Shown here in pieces: positions 1 to 9,808 of a DNA stretch of 64,000 nucleotides. A program made the translations under genes and the position numbers. The stretch is taken from NCBI RefSeq assembly GCF_018350175.1, contig NC_058373.1:104968001-105032000 (forward strand), written 5' to 3'. A model generated the notes under the pieces. That model saw nothing but the letters and a program-made list of their open reading frames with translations, ran no database searches and was not told the origin of the DNA. Numbering within the stretch: position 1 is the stretch's first letter; the number at the start of each line of letters is the position of its first letter. The DNA is from Felis catus. Lineage: Eukaryota.

Positions 1-193
1 AGGCCAAATGAGGCAGCTGTATTAACACGGCTAATGGATGGAACAATGGTTCTTGTCTCAGAGGGTGCCTCAGAATCAGAAAGTGCTGGGAAAATGCTGG
101 GTGCTTCCTCCAATATTCCAGGCGGAGTCACTGGAGAGCCCATAACTGGTGTGAACAATTCCTCATTTGGCCCTGTGATGGTGTCCATTAGAT
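1..193 (-). CDS. ARMH4: ARMH4 coding exon (third coding exon), truncated by the window edge
   Basis: Acceptor ttgacAG at 195-194. The phase-1 join gives (D)LMDTITGPNEELFTPVMGSPVTPPGILEEAPSIFPALSDSEAPSETRTIVPSISRVNTAASFG, matching recalled human C14orf37/ARMH4 (MDTVTGPNEEFTPVLGSPVTPPG...RVNTAASYG). Not called by the ORF track. Confidence 0.93.
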
Positions 194-524
194 CTGTCAA
201 ACACAAGAGATAGGACTTGACCCAAAGATGATCATTAGGGGAAATGCATACATGTATTTTTTTCTTTTTAAGTAACAAATGATTAATGAAACCAGTATCT
301 TATATACAGTAAGTTTGGCACTTAGGCCAGCTCCCTCTTCCCATAGTGCATCAATCCAGCTATGCAAGGCAGACACTTTACCTTCCAGGAAAATGTATTG
401 TCTCAAATCAGAACTTTCTTTTTAACTTCTAATATCCCACTCATTCCATTGACAATACTATGGATTTTGCAGAATTTTAGATAGAACGATGGAAAAGATA
501 GAAAATTTAACAAAAAATTATTAA

Positions 525-744
525 GGGTGCCCGGGTGGGTCAGTCAGTTAAATATCCAACTCTTGGTTTCGGCTCAAGTCATGATCTCACAGTTGATGAG
601 TTCAAGCCCTGCATGGGGCTCTGTGCAGACGGCGCAGAGCCTGCTTGGGATTCTGTCTTCTTCTGTCTCCACCCCTTCTTCGCTCACACTCTCTCTCTCT
701 CTCTCTCTCTCTCAAAAATAAATAAATAAACATTAATATGTTTT
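525..744 (+). mobile_element. CAN-SINE (SINEC)
   Basis: GGGTGCCCGGGTGGGTCAGTCAG head, (CT)n, A-rich tail, TSD AAAAATTATTAA. Confidence 0.9.
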
Positions 745-779
745 AAAAATTATTAAAATATATGCCAAGAACTACTTTT

Positions 780-1031
780 TCATTTTAATTTTTTTTAACG
801 ATTATTTACCTTTGAGACAGAGAGAGAGAGACAGAGCATGAATGGGGGAGGAGCAGAGAGAGAGAGAGGGAGACACAGAATCCGAAGTAGGCTCCAGTCT
901 CTGAGCTGTCAGCACAGAGCCCAACGTGGGGCTCGAACCCATGGACCGCGAGACGGCGAGACCGCGAGACGGCGAGACCATGACCCGAGCGGAAGTCGGA
1001 CGCCCAACCAACTGAGCCACCCAGGCGCCCC
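780..1031 (-). mobile_element. CAN-SINE with internal 8-bp repeat expansion
   Basis: Reverse-complement SINEC; 18-bp TSD ATGCCAAGAACTACTTTT at 762-779 and 1032-1049. Confidence 0.92.
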
Positions 1032-1149
1032 ATGCCAAGAACTACTTTTAAAAATTAAGCCAAAGAGTAAGAGTATGTGTCTAGAATATGCTCAATTTCA
1101 AAGCAGCCAGATTTAGCTCCAGGTTTTCCCCTATATAAAAAACCCTTGG

Positions 1150-1300
1150 ATAGTATTATTTTGCACGTCTGGTAGATCATCAGGATCTCTGAGGTAGTTT
1201 TTTAAAAATCAATTTGCATGCTTTCCACATATCTCAACTTACTGAATCAGAATCTCCTTGGTGGTGAAGACCGAAAAAACTATTTTTTTTAACTCCCAGG
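1150..1300. mobile_element. MER5-like hAT-Charlie remnant (other half at about 2040-2085)
   Basis: CTTACTGAATCAGAATCTC core typical of MER5; the element resumes after an L1 fragment at TCCCCAGG...GATTTGAAAAC. Confidence 0.55.
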
Positions 1301-1309
1301 ATATGGATT

Positions 1310-2030
1310 CACAGGCTCTCACATCCATGGCTGTTCAGAGTATACATTGGTGCAACCACTTTGGAAAACAATTAGCCATTGCCCCCTAAAGTCAAACATT
1401 CATACCTAGAGCCCAGCGATTCAGTTCCTTGCTAATATAACCAAGAGAAACTCCTGTACATGTACAATGGAGAATATGCAAGAGAATATGCATATGGCAG
1501 CAATCAGTGTTCACAACAGCCAAACCTGGAAATGACCCAAATGCAAATTGCTAGAAGAGACTGGATAAAGATTAGACGCATAAACTGCAATCTATTTTCA
1601 TAATGGAACATTATAAACAGTCAAGACGAAAGAACCACATTAGGTAAATTTTAGCCATAGATTATTAAGCAAAACAAGTAAGTCCCAAAAAGGTTATCTC
1701 CAGCACAATACTGTTTTATAAAGTTAAAAACTAATGAAATGTTTAAATGCATAATTTTATGCATTTAATAAAACTAAACTAAAAGGAATTCAGGGAAATG
1801 AGGAACACAAGATTCAGGATGACAGTTACCAGTCAGAGGAGGAAGTTGAGATACAGGATTACATGTAGGTTACTAACCAGGCCCTACGGGGTTTTTTGGA
1901 GACACAGGATTAGGAGATATTTATTACATTATTTAAAAAAAAAAAAAAACTCAGCTAATAAATTAAGCCTGTTTACTTAGACCAACAAATAATGAGATAG
2001 AGACATGAGGTCCAAAAATAATTAACTAAT
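1310..2030 (+). mobile_element. Old L1 (L1ME/L1MC-type) 3' fragment
   Basis: TGGTGCAACCACTTTGGAAAACA and AACCTGGAAATGACCCAAATG motifs of the L1 ORF2 end and 3'UTR. Confidence 0.65.
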
Positions 2031-2179
2031 AATTTTTGTAATCCCCAGGCAATTCCAATAATCACCAAGATTTGAAAACTTTGCTGTCCTTAAGATATCA
2101 GAGCATTTGAGGGCCTCCTTTATGGAAAGCACTTTGTATACATTATTTCAAATCCTTAAAATAACCTATAAGATAGGTA

Positions 2180-2628
2180 GGCATGGTGCCTGAGCGGCTC
2201 AGGTGAGTGACTGACTCTTGATTTCAGCTCAGGTCGTGGGCTCTGTGCTGAGCATGGAAACTGCTTGGGATTCTCTCTTTCCGTCTCTCTCTGCCTCTCC
2301 CCCACTCGCACACATGCACTCTCTCTCTCCCTCTCAAAATAGAAAAATTAGCTTCAAAAATAAACTAAGTGAAATTAACATAAAAGATAGGCAGGGGCAT
2401 CTTTTGGGTGGCTCAGCTGGTTAAGCGTTTGACTTCAGCTCAAGTCATGATCTCCCAGTCCATGAGTTCAAGCCCTGCATCAGGCTCTGTGCTAACAGCT
2501 CAGAGCCTGGAGCCTGCTTTGGATACTGTGTCTCCCTCTCTCACTCTTCCCCTCCCCTGCTCATGCTCCGTCTCTCTCTCCCTCTCAAAAATAAACATTA
2601 AAAAAATTTAAAAAATAATAATAATAAA
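2180..2628 (+). mobile_element. Two tandem CAN-SINEs (about 2180-2370 partial; 2394-2628) inside a MIR
   Basis: SINEC heads, (CT)n and A tails; MIR-like flanks. Confidence 0.85.
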
Positions 2629-3018
2629 GATGCACAAACCAGGCTTAGAGACATTAAGAAACCTGCTTGAGGCCACAATACTAGTGAGGGCCAAAGCTGG
2701 GATTCAAACCCTGGTCCTCACTGTTTTCACTCCACCCCCTGGCTCCTAGCAGCCAGGCCTGTCAAACAAGGAGAGAGTTCTCAGGAAGCCTGGCCTTCAC
2801 AGGCCCCAGTGATGAGCCACCAGGAGACCCTGCTTTGGGAACTAACCCCTCATCCTTTTAGGCTTTGCCACATCTCCCCAGACAACAGAGCATTCACCTG
2901 CATTTTCTGTTCATTCTTTAGGTGAGTGCAGGCAGATGGGGGTACATCTGCCTCACTCATTCTATTCCTTATTAACTCAGACAAGATCCACTCCCAAAAT
3001 TCTCCCTCCCTTACAAAC

Positions 3019-3273
3019 CTTCCAGAGCAGAAGTAACTTCAAAAGACAGAGGCGTGGCCGCAGTGGAAAGTGTCGTGGCCAGAGGCTCCCATCTCCTCGA
3101 CAGCTGAGTAATGGCAGGAACACCAGATGTGGTGGAGGGGGGCTCTTCTCCTTCCTCAGTCTTACCATTTTCTCTGGTAACCTCGAGGGTAGAAACCTGC
3201 TGCTCTTGTGTCACCAGTGATAAAGTGGCTTCTGTTTCTTGAACAACTGTTGTCATCTCTTGAGTGAGGATGT
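3019..3273 (-). CDS. ARMH4: ARMH4 coding exon (second coding exon, 255 bp, phase 1-1)
   Basis: Acceptor ttttaAG (3275-3274), donor AAG|GTTTGT (3018-3017). Encodes (D)ILTQEMTTVVQETEATLSLVTQ...TQLSRRWEPLATTLSTAATPLSFEVTSALE, matching recalled ARMH4. Confidence 0.95.
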
Positions 3274-3625
3274 CTTAAAAGGGGGGATACAACATTTTAA
3301 AATAGACAAATTCCCTGTACCTTAAAAAGTCACTCTATAATTAATAAACTGGAAAAAAAAAAAAGAAAATATCTATTTCAGGGTATGGGAAAGCAAATGG
3401 ATCGCTCGGATACAAAATGCCAGTAAATAAATGTTTTCAGTGTTGCTGCTTTCAGGAGCAATGAATCAATCTGAGACAGAGATAAATACAGTAACATAAA
3501 AAACATAAAATAAAATACAAAACAAAATAGGAAGGTCAACAGCTGAGCTCCCTTTTATGAATATCAACATAACCAGTCTGTGAGGAAACAAATTATACAG
3601 AACTAAGTTATATTCAAAAATTCTC

Positions 3626-3837
3626 GGGGCGCCTGGGTGCCTCAGTCAGTTGAGCGTCCGATTTTGGCTCAGGTCATGATCTCGCGGTTCGTGAGTTCAA
3701 GCCCCGCATCGGGCTCTGTGCTGCCAGCTCAGAGCCTGGAGCCTGCTTCGGATTCTGTGTCTCCCTGTCTCTCTGCCCCTCCCCTGCTCACACACTGTCT
3801 CTCTCTCAAAAATAAATAAAGATTAAAAATAATTTTT
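3626..3837 (+). mobile_element. CAN-SINE
   Basis: GGGGCGCCTGGGTG head; TSD AAAAATTCTC. Confidence 0.92.
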
Positions 3838-4069
3838 AAAAATTCTCAGAAGCATTTATATCTATTAATTTTCACATTTGCACTTCTGAAGGGGAAAAAG
3901 AAGTTAGCATTTTGAATAAAGGAATAATAATTACAGTAACGAATGTTTACTGGGTTTCTATTATATGCTACATACATGCACTGTTAAGTATATTGTAAGC
4001 ATTATCTTATTTTATCTTTTAAAATGTACTAAGGGGAGGTAGGTACTAATACCATTCCATGGAAGCCAT

Positions 4070-4285
4070 ACATCATAGCAGTCAAGAATGCAGGCTTTAG
4101 AGTCAATTTGCCTGGGTCTGAATTCTGGCTCGGCCTCTACTAGCTGTGTGACCTTGAACAAATTCCTTAGCATCTCTGGGCCTTGAGTTTCCTCAGCTGT
4201 AAATTGGAAATAATAGCAGTGCCTATCGCATAGAGTTGTTAGAAAGATTAAATTAGATAACACGTGTAAAACTTAGCACATACTC
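4070..4285 (+). mobile_element. MIR
   Basis: CTAGCTGTGTGACCTTGAACAA...GTTTCCTCAGCTGTAAA...GATTAAATTAGATAA MIR core. Confidence 0.8.
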
Positions 4286-5344
4286 CAATATATCAATTAT
4301 TATTACCCACTTTACAAACAATTTAGGTTGAGAGAAGCCTACATAGTCAGTGCTCTTAACCACTGTGCTAACTATGCCTGTCACATTAGGTGGAAAGTGA
4401 GTTAAGTGACACAATTATGACTAAGGAGCATATTCAATAATCAAAATAAGAACCATATAATCATCGAATTCATTTTACATTTTAGGCTGTATTAATACAA
4501 GCTATGCAATTCTAATATATAAGTATCAGAGATTCAATTATGCGATGAATAATCTGGAACTATATGACTTAATGCTCCAGGAATATCTTAAACTGTTATG
4601 GAAAACTGAAGTAAACTTCTTATTCAGTCACATCTAATATCTTCATGGTATTGGAGACTCAACTCTCTCAATGGAATTTAACAACCAACTTACAAAACAT
4701 TTTCTGGAAGCTTCTATGAAAATGTACAGTATACTAAGTCTTTCGGTCCTTAAAAACTGAACTGGACACGTAAAATTCAATCTTACCATTTTAATTCAAT
4801 CTCAACACTTTATAAAACATACTACTAATTTGAAATTTCCATTAATGGAGCCACTGAGCTGATATAACAAGATGAACATATTCCAAAACAATTTGGAATG
4901 AGCATATGCATGTATACTAAGTCTATCCTTCCTCATGCTGTTATCTGACCAACTACACATAATAAAAGAAAAACATTATCCGTCAGCAACAAATGTAAGG
5001 CTCATCAGCTCATAACAGTCGCAGATATAAAGGCCAAGAGGAAGTAGTACAGTATTAAGCCAACAGAGAGAATTCATCAGTATTGGGGTTTTTTCTTATT
5101 TCTAGAGGAATTTCTTTTTGGGAAAACAAAATCAAAGAACTCAGGTGGTTAATGCTGTTAAGATAAATATTACCGAAAGCTTTTGGTAAGAAATTATCAG
5201 GTATGTGAGTATTTTTTACACCTATATGTAAATAATATCCTATATTGTTTATTATACCATTTAAACATATAGCTAGTTCTTTAACATTTTCCTGAATAGT
5301 TATACATTTTCATAATGACATGTGTGAAAACTATCAGTCTATTT

Positions 5345-5545
5345 CAGGGTTTCTCAGCACTACGGACACTCTGGGTAAGAAAAGTCTTTGTGGTTGGGGG
5401 GCTATCCTACGTGCTGCAGGATGTTCACAAGCCTCTTTGGCCCACTAGATATCCTGGCACCTGTCTGTTATGACAACCAAAAATGTCCCCAAAATTGCCA
5501 AATGATAGGGGTGGGGACAAATTGTTTCCCGTTGAATGGCCTACA
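5345..5545 (+). mobile_element. MER20-like hAT-Charlie DNA transposon
   Basis: CAGGGTTTCTCAG start; TGACAACCAAAAATGTCCCCAAAATTGCCAAATG motif characteristic of MER20. Confidence 0.75.
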
Positions 5546-5776
5546 TGCAGAGGTTGTATTTGGGTGTAATTTCTACATAAAATACATTTTGTATTTGTTT
5601 ACTTCTGCTTTTCATCAAAACTTAGAGAACTTCTAAATTCTCACTCAAAAAAAAAAAACCATAAAATGAGACCTAGAAGTAATACAACGCTATATGTCAA
5701 TTATACCAATTTTAAAAAATAAGAAATTCAAATCAAAACCTTCCTAAAGTTTATTTTTGTTCTTTCTTTCTTTTAC

Positions 5777-7154
5777 CTTTCAATGTATGTCCCAATAGTT
5801 GATGCGCCTCAGATTCATATTCCGAGATGGAGACAGTGGTCTCTATGAAAAACATAGCATCATTCTCCTTAGTGGATTCCATGAAGTCTGCAGTATCTTG
5901 GAAGAGGGTTACAACAGAGACTTTCATATCTTCCATCAAACTTGTGGGAGTAAAGGAACTTTGATCCGTGAAGGCAGACGATCGCTCCTCCCCGGGTGCC
6001 ATTAGCAGGGCTGTCCCCATGTGGGTTTCCCCTTCTGGCAGCCCCAGAGCCACATCTGCAACCTCTGTCAAAGGTTCACCCTCTTCCATACCTTCCATAG
6101 CATCGTTATCTGTTACTCGGGCTGTCTGAGACGTTTCCATTCCCACCTGGGTCTCCATATTGTCTCCAAGCTTTGGGATCTTTATCTGGCTTACACTCTC
6201 TAATTTAGTGTCATCCCACTCATCACTTATGACAGAGGCAGCTGGAACAGCAGTGCTGACACTCACTGTGACTCCTGGGGCTCCCAGCAGCCTGTCAGTT
6301 TCTGGCTCAACACTCAGGGTGTACTCAGAGGTTGTGAGCCAGTGCTTGGTGGCGGTAGTCTGGGTATGATCAGCTGTCATCTGCAAAGGCTTCTCCCTGT
6401 CAGGCATGGAGCTTCCAGGCGCCATGCCTGCTGCGGGCTCAGCACCAGGGGAAAAAGTTGCCCTATGTTCTGCGTCGGCTTCAAACTTCTCTGTCCTTGG
6501 ACTGGTGGTCAGCATTTCTTTAGTATTCACATCAGAGGAAGGGAAATGTCCCAGACTAACTCTTTCCTGACTTTCCGTTGCAAACAACTGATGATCCACA
6601 TGCTTCAGAAAACCCAGCGTTGCTTCTGTGGTCCCTTCCGCAATGGGCTGAATGAGGGTACTACTGAAGAGTTCCTCCTTCTCATCCATATTCAGAGGTG
6701 CGGTTGCAGCAGTAGGGTTGGTTAGCATGGCCTTGGAGAGTCGGCTTTCAGGAGACACTCTCTCTGGCTGGCTGGACCCAAACACTTCCTCCTCCACAGG
6801 GATCACTGTCTCAGTAGCAGTGTAAATGTCAGGACTATTAGGCTGCATAAGCCCAGTTCCTACTGGATGAGCTTCTTTGTTAATAGGAAATACTTTATTT
6901 AAAGATGTTGCTGATGGCCCCGCTAACACTATCATTGGGTCTTCAGAGACTACCAACTGGGGAGTGCACTTTGAAGTAACAGAGTCATTTTCTGGGTCAT
7001 CTGTGTTCATCCTCTCTGGCTGCCCTGTTTCTGCAAGACCATGTGCTATCTCCCTTCTTCCCATTTTGGGGAAGGCCACGCACTGTGTGGCAACGTTGAG
7101 AAGTAGAAGGCCACAGAATGCCAGACAAATGTGCAATACAATTGGTCTGCTCAT
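5777..7154 (-). CDS. ARMH4: ARMH4 first coding exon (exon spans 7211-5777; ATG at 7154): signal peptide plus S/T/E/P-rich ectodomain
   Basis: Long ORF MSRPIVLHICLAFCGLLLLNVATQCVAFPK...SDEWDDTKLESVS...LLGHTLK, matching recalled C14orf37/ARMH4. Acceptor tttctgcAG at 7213-7212, donor AAG|GTAAAA at 5776-5775; 1378 coding nt (phase 1). Confidence 0.96.
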
Positions 7155-7704
7155 AGTGGAAGAGAAATGTGCACATAAATTGGCAGAGTTGACAATTCCA
7201 GTAATTGAGCCCTGCAGAAAAATAAAGCATATCAAACTGTCATGCAAATGTATTTTGTAAATAAGCCCCTTTAAGTAAAGTCAGAAGTTAAAATCATCTC
7301 CTTGGTGTGGTGCTCAGAGATGGTATGGAAGAGACGGCTGTTCTACTTCTTTGTACCTTTGAGAACTGGATAACCCAGTTCATTTTTCCCTGCTGAATTT
7401 TGCAGCTGATTTAACTTGAAGCTCTCTAGAAAAGGTACACATAGTTCAAGGACTAAGTTCATTGTTTCTTTAATACCTATTTGAAAAAAATTACCCTTGA
7501 AGTCACATTTGCAATAGTCTCCCCAAATTCCTCTATTAATCACATAAGCAAATGACTACCAAAATGGCAATATGTCCAAGATATAGAAAGTAAACCTTAC
7601 ATTTATTTATATTACATTCAGAGATCTTTCAACTATGGTTTAAAACTTATAAGACATCATCATAAAACACTGAATACCAGTTACATTCAAGAGTTTTTTA
7701 AGTA

Positions 7705-7882
7705 GGGGCGCCTGGGTGGCTCAGTCGGTTAAGCGTCTGACTACGGCTCAGGTCATGATCCCACAGTTTGTGGGTTCGAGCCCCTCATCAGGCTCTCTGC
7801 TGTCAGCACAGAGCCCACTTCAGATCCTCTGCCCCTCCCCTGCTTGTTCTCTCTCTCAAAATAAATAAATAAACTTTTAAAA
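7705..7882 (+). mobile_element. CAN-SINE
   Basis: SINEC head and tail; TSD approximately AAGAGTTTTTTAAGTA. Confidence 0.9.
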
Positions 7883-8073
7883 AGAGGTTTTTTAAGTATG
7901 TAAATGATTTTCATTTAAAATTCCTCTTTAAAACACTTAAATGATTTCTTTTCTCTGTAACAACTATAAAAATGAAAGGCAAACCCTTGATGCCCTTGAT
8001 GTTTCAAAAATTAAGGAGTAGAAATGGTAAAAGAGTTAATGTAAATTGGTGTTTTTAAGAAAAAAAACTTTTT

Positions 8074-8312
8074 GGGGAGCCTGGGTGGCTCAGTCGGTTA
8101 AGCGTCCAACTTCAGCTCAGGTCATGATCTCGCGGTCCGTGAGTTCGAGCCCCGCGTCAGGCTCTGGGCTGATGGCTCAGAGCCTGGAGCCTGCTTCGGA
8201 TTCTGTGTCTCCCTCTCTCTCTGCCCCTCCCCCGTTCATGCTCTGTCTCTCTCTGTCTCAAAAATAAATAAAACGTTAAAAAAAATTTTTTTATAATAAA
8301 AAAGAAAAAAAA
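8074..8312 (+). mobile_element. CAN-SINE (feline type)
   Basis: GGCTCTGGGCTGATGGCTCAGAGCCTGG diagnostic; TSD AAGAAAAAAAACTTTT. Confidence 0.92.
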
Positions 8313-8849
8313 AAGAAAAAAAAACTTTTTAAGAAAATGAAATACATTTTAAATTAGCAACATTTCCTGAATACACATTATCATTAGATTAAGATTTGTT
8401 GCATTTTTTAAAAAACTACTCACACTCTCATTAAAACTAAAACTATAGCAAAACTACTAATCCCCCCCCAAATTTATGAGTTTCGGGGTTTTTTTTATCT
8501 ACTTTGCTGTTTGGGCTCTTTCTTTTTCCATCATCAGAAATCTCTCAGATGCTGTAGATGTTCTAGGAAATTAAACCTAAGAATGAAAATTCTAGAATAA
8601 AAACGTAATCTTTATAAAAGTTGTATTTTTTTCTTTCTTTCATGTGTAATCATTAAACTACTTGGGTTAAGCACATAATGTGCACACATAAAGTATAAAA
8701 AGTAAGTTTTCATTGGTCCGTCTCCCCTTAAGAAGCTCAAAGCTTCCCTGTTTAGTCTGTAGGTCTTTCTGAGACCAAGAAAAGGTCAAGTCCTTAGAGC
8801 ATGATCTAGACAGGTGAAGAGAAAACAGAAGGCTGAATTTTTCTACATG

Positions 8850-9132
8850 AAGAAAGAGGAATCCCCAGATTCGGAGCTGAGGCTTCCTGACAAACCACCA
8901 GCACCACACAAATGAGTCACCTTTGAAGTCATCTTCCCAGCCCCACTCAAGCCTTCAGACAATTGTAGCATCTTGACCATAACTGCTTAAGAGACCTTGA
9001 GCCAGAACCAGCCAGCTAAGCTACTCTGAACTTGTGCTTTGTCTGAACTTGTGCACAGAAGTGGGATGAAATTATAACCATTTATTGCCACCACGTGAGG
9101 GACAATTTGTCACACAGAAATGTTGAATCCAC
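8850..9132 (+). mobile_element. MLT1 (MLT1F-like) MaLR LTR fragment
   Basis: CCAGCCCCACTCAAGCCTTCAGA...GAGACCTTGAGCCAGAACCAGCCAGCTAAGC motif. Confidence 0.7.
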
Positions 9133-9576
9133 AGTACTTTGGGAGACTACAGGAATGAGAAGATGTCATGAGGTGCCATGTGCAGAAAAGGACCAGCACA
9201 TATCAAGGATCATAAATTTAGCAACAGAAGAAAACTGAAGCCAGAGGTGACTAGGAGAAATAGAAGTCACTACACCCCTTCAAGAGTCTTCAGAGATAGC
9301 GAGAGGGATGGTAAGTTTCCCTCTAGGTGGGATGAGAGCCTGCAACAATTTTATTAAAATATTAAATAACATACAGGTAGCTAGCATCATTTTAAAAGGA
9401 AAGAATATGGGAAAGATACTTGAAAAAGGGGGACTAGCATGTGCCAAGACATGTCAACATTCTGAACATCAGTTATTATCATACTTTAGAAGACTCCTAA
9501 AGAATCCCACTTCGTAGCCAGGTAACACATTTAGTAATAGTATCTGGCTTGCTGCCTCCCTTAAGACAAAAATATA

Positions 9577-9808
9577 GGGGGCGCCTGGGTGGTTCAGTCG
9601 GTTGAGTGTCCAACTTCAGCTCAGGTCATGATCTCACAGTTTGTGAGTTCAAGCCCCGCATCGGGCTCTGTGCTGACAGCTCGGAGCCTGAAGCCTGCTT
9701 TGGATTCTGTGTCTCCTTCTCTCTCTGCCCATCTCCTGCTTGTGCTGTCTCTCTTTGTCTCTCAAAAAATAAATAAATAAATAAATGTAAAAAATAAAAT
9801 TAAAAAAA
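9577..9808 (+). mobile_element. CAN-SINE
   Basis: SINEC; TSD AAGACAAAAATATAG. Confidence 0.92.

Noticed and set aside
6083..6099. 9-bp in-frame micro-duplication in ARMH4 (MEGMEE)
   Set aside because: Trivial indel in a low-complexity stalk; lineage specificity cannot be verified here
7212..7247. N-terminal part of the 498-aa ORF call (and its tail at 5751-5776)
   Set aside because: Lies outside the splice sites at 7211 and 5777; intronic read-through
5799..7260. Plus-strand ORFs antisense to the large ARMH4 exon
   Set aside because: Shadow ORFs of the coding strand with no independent support
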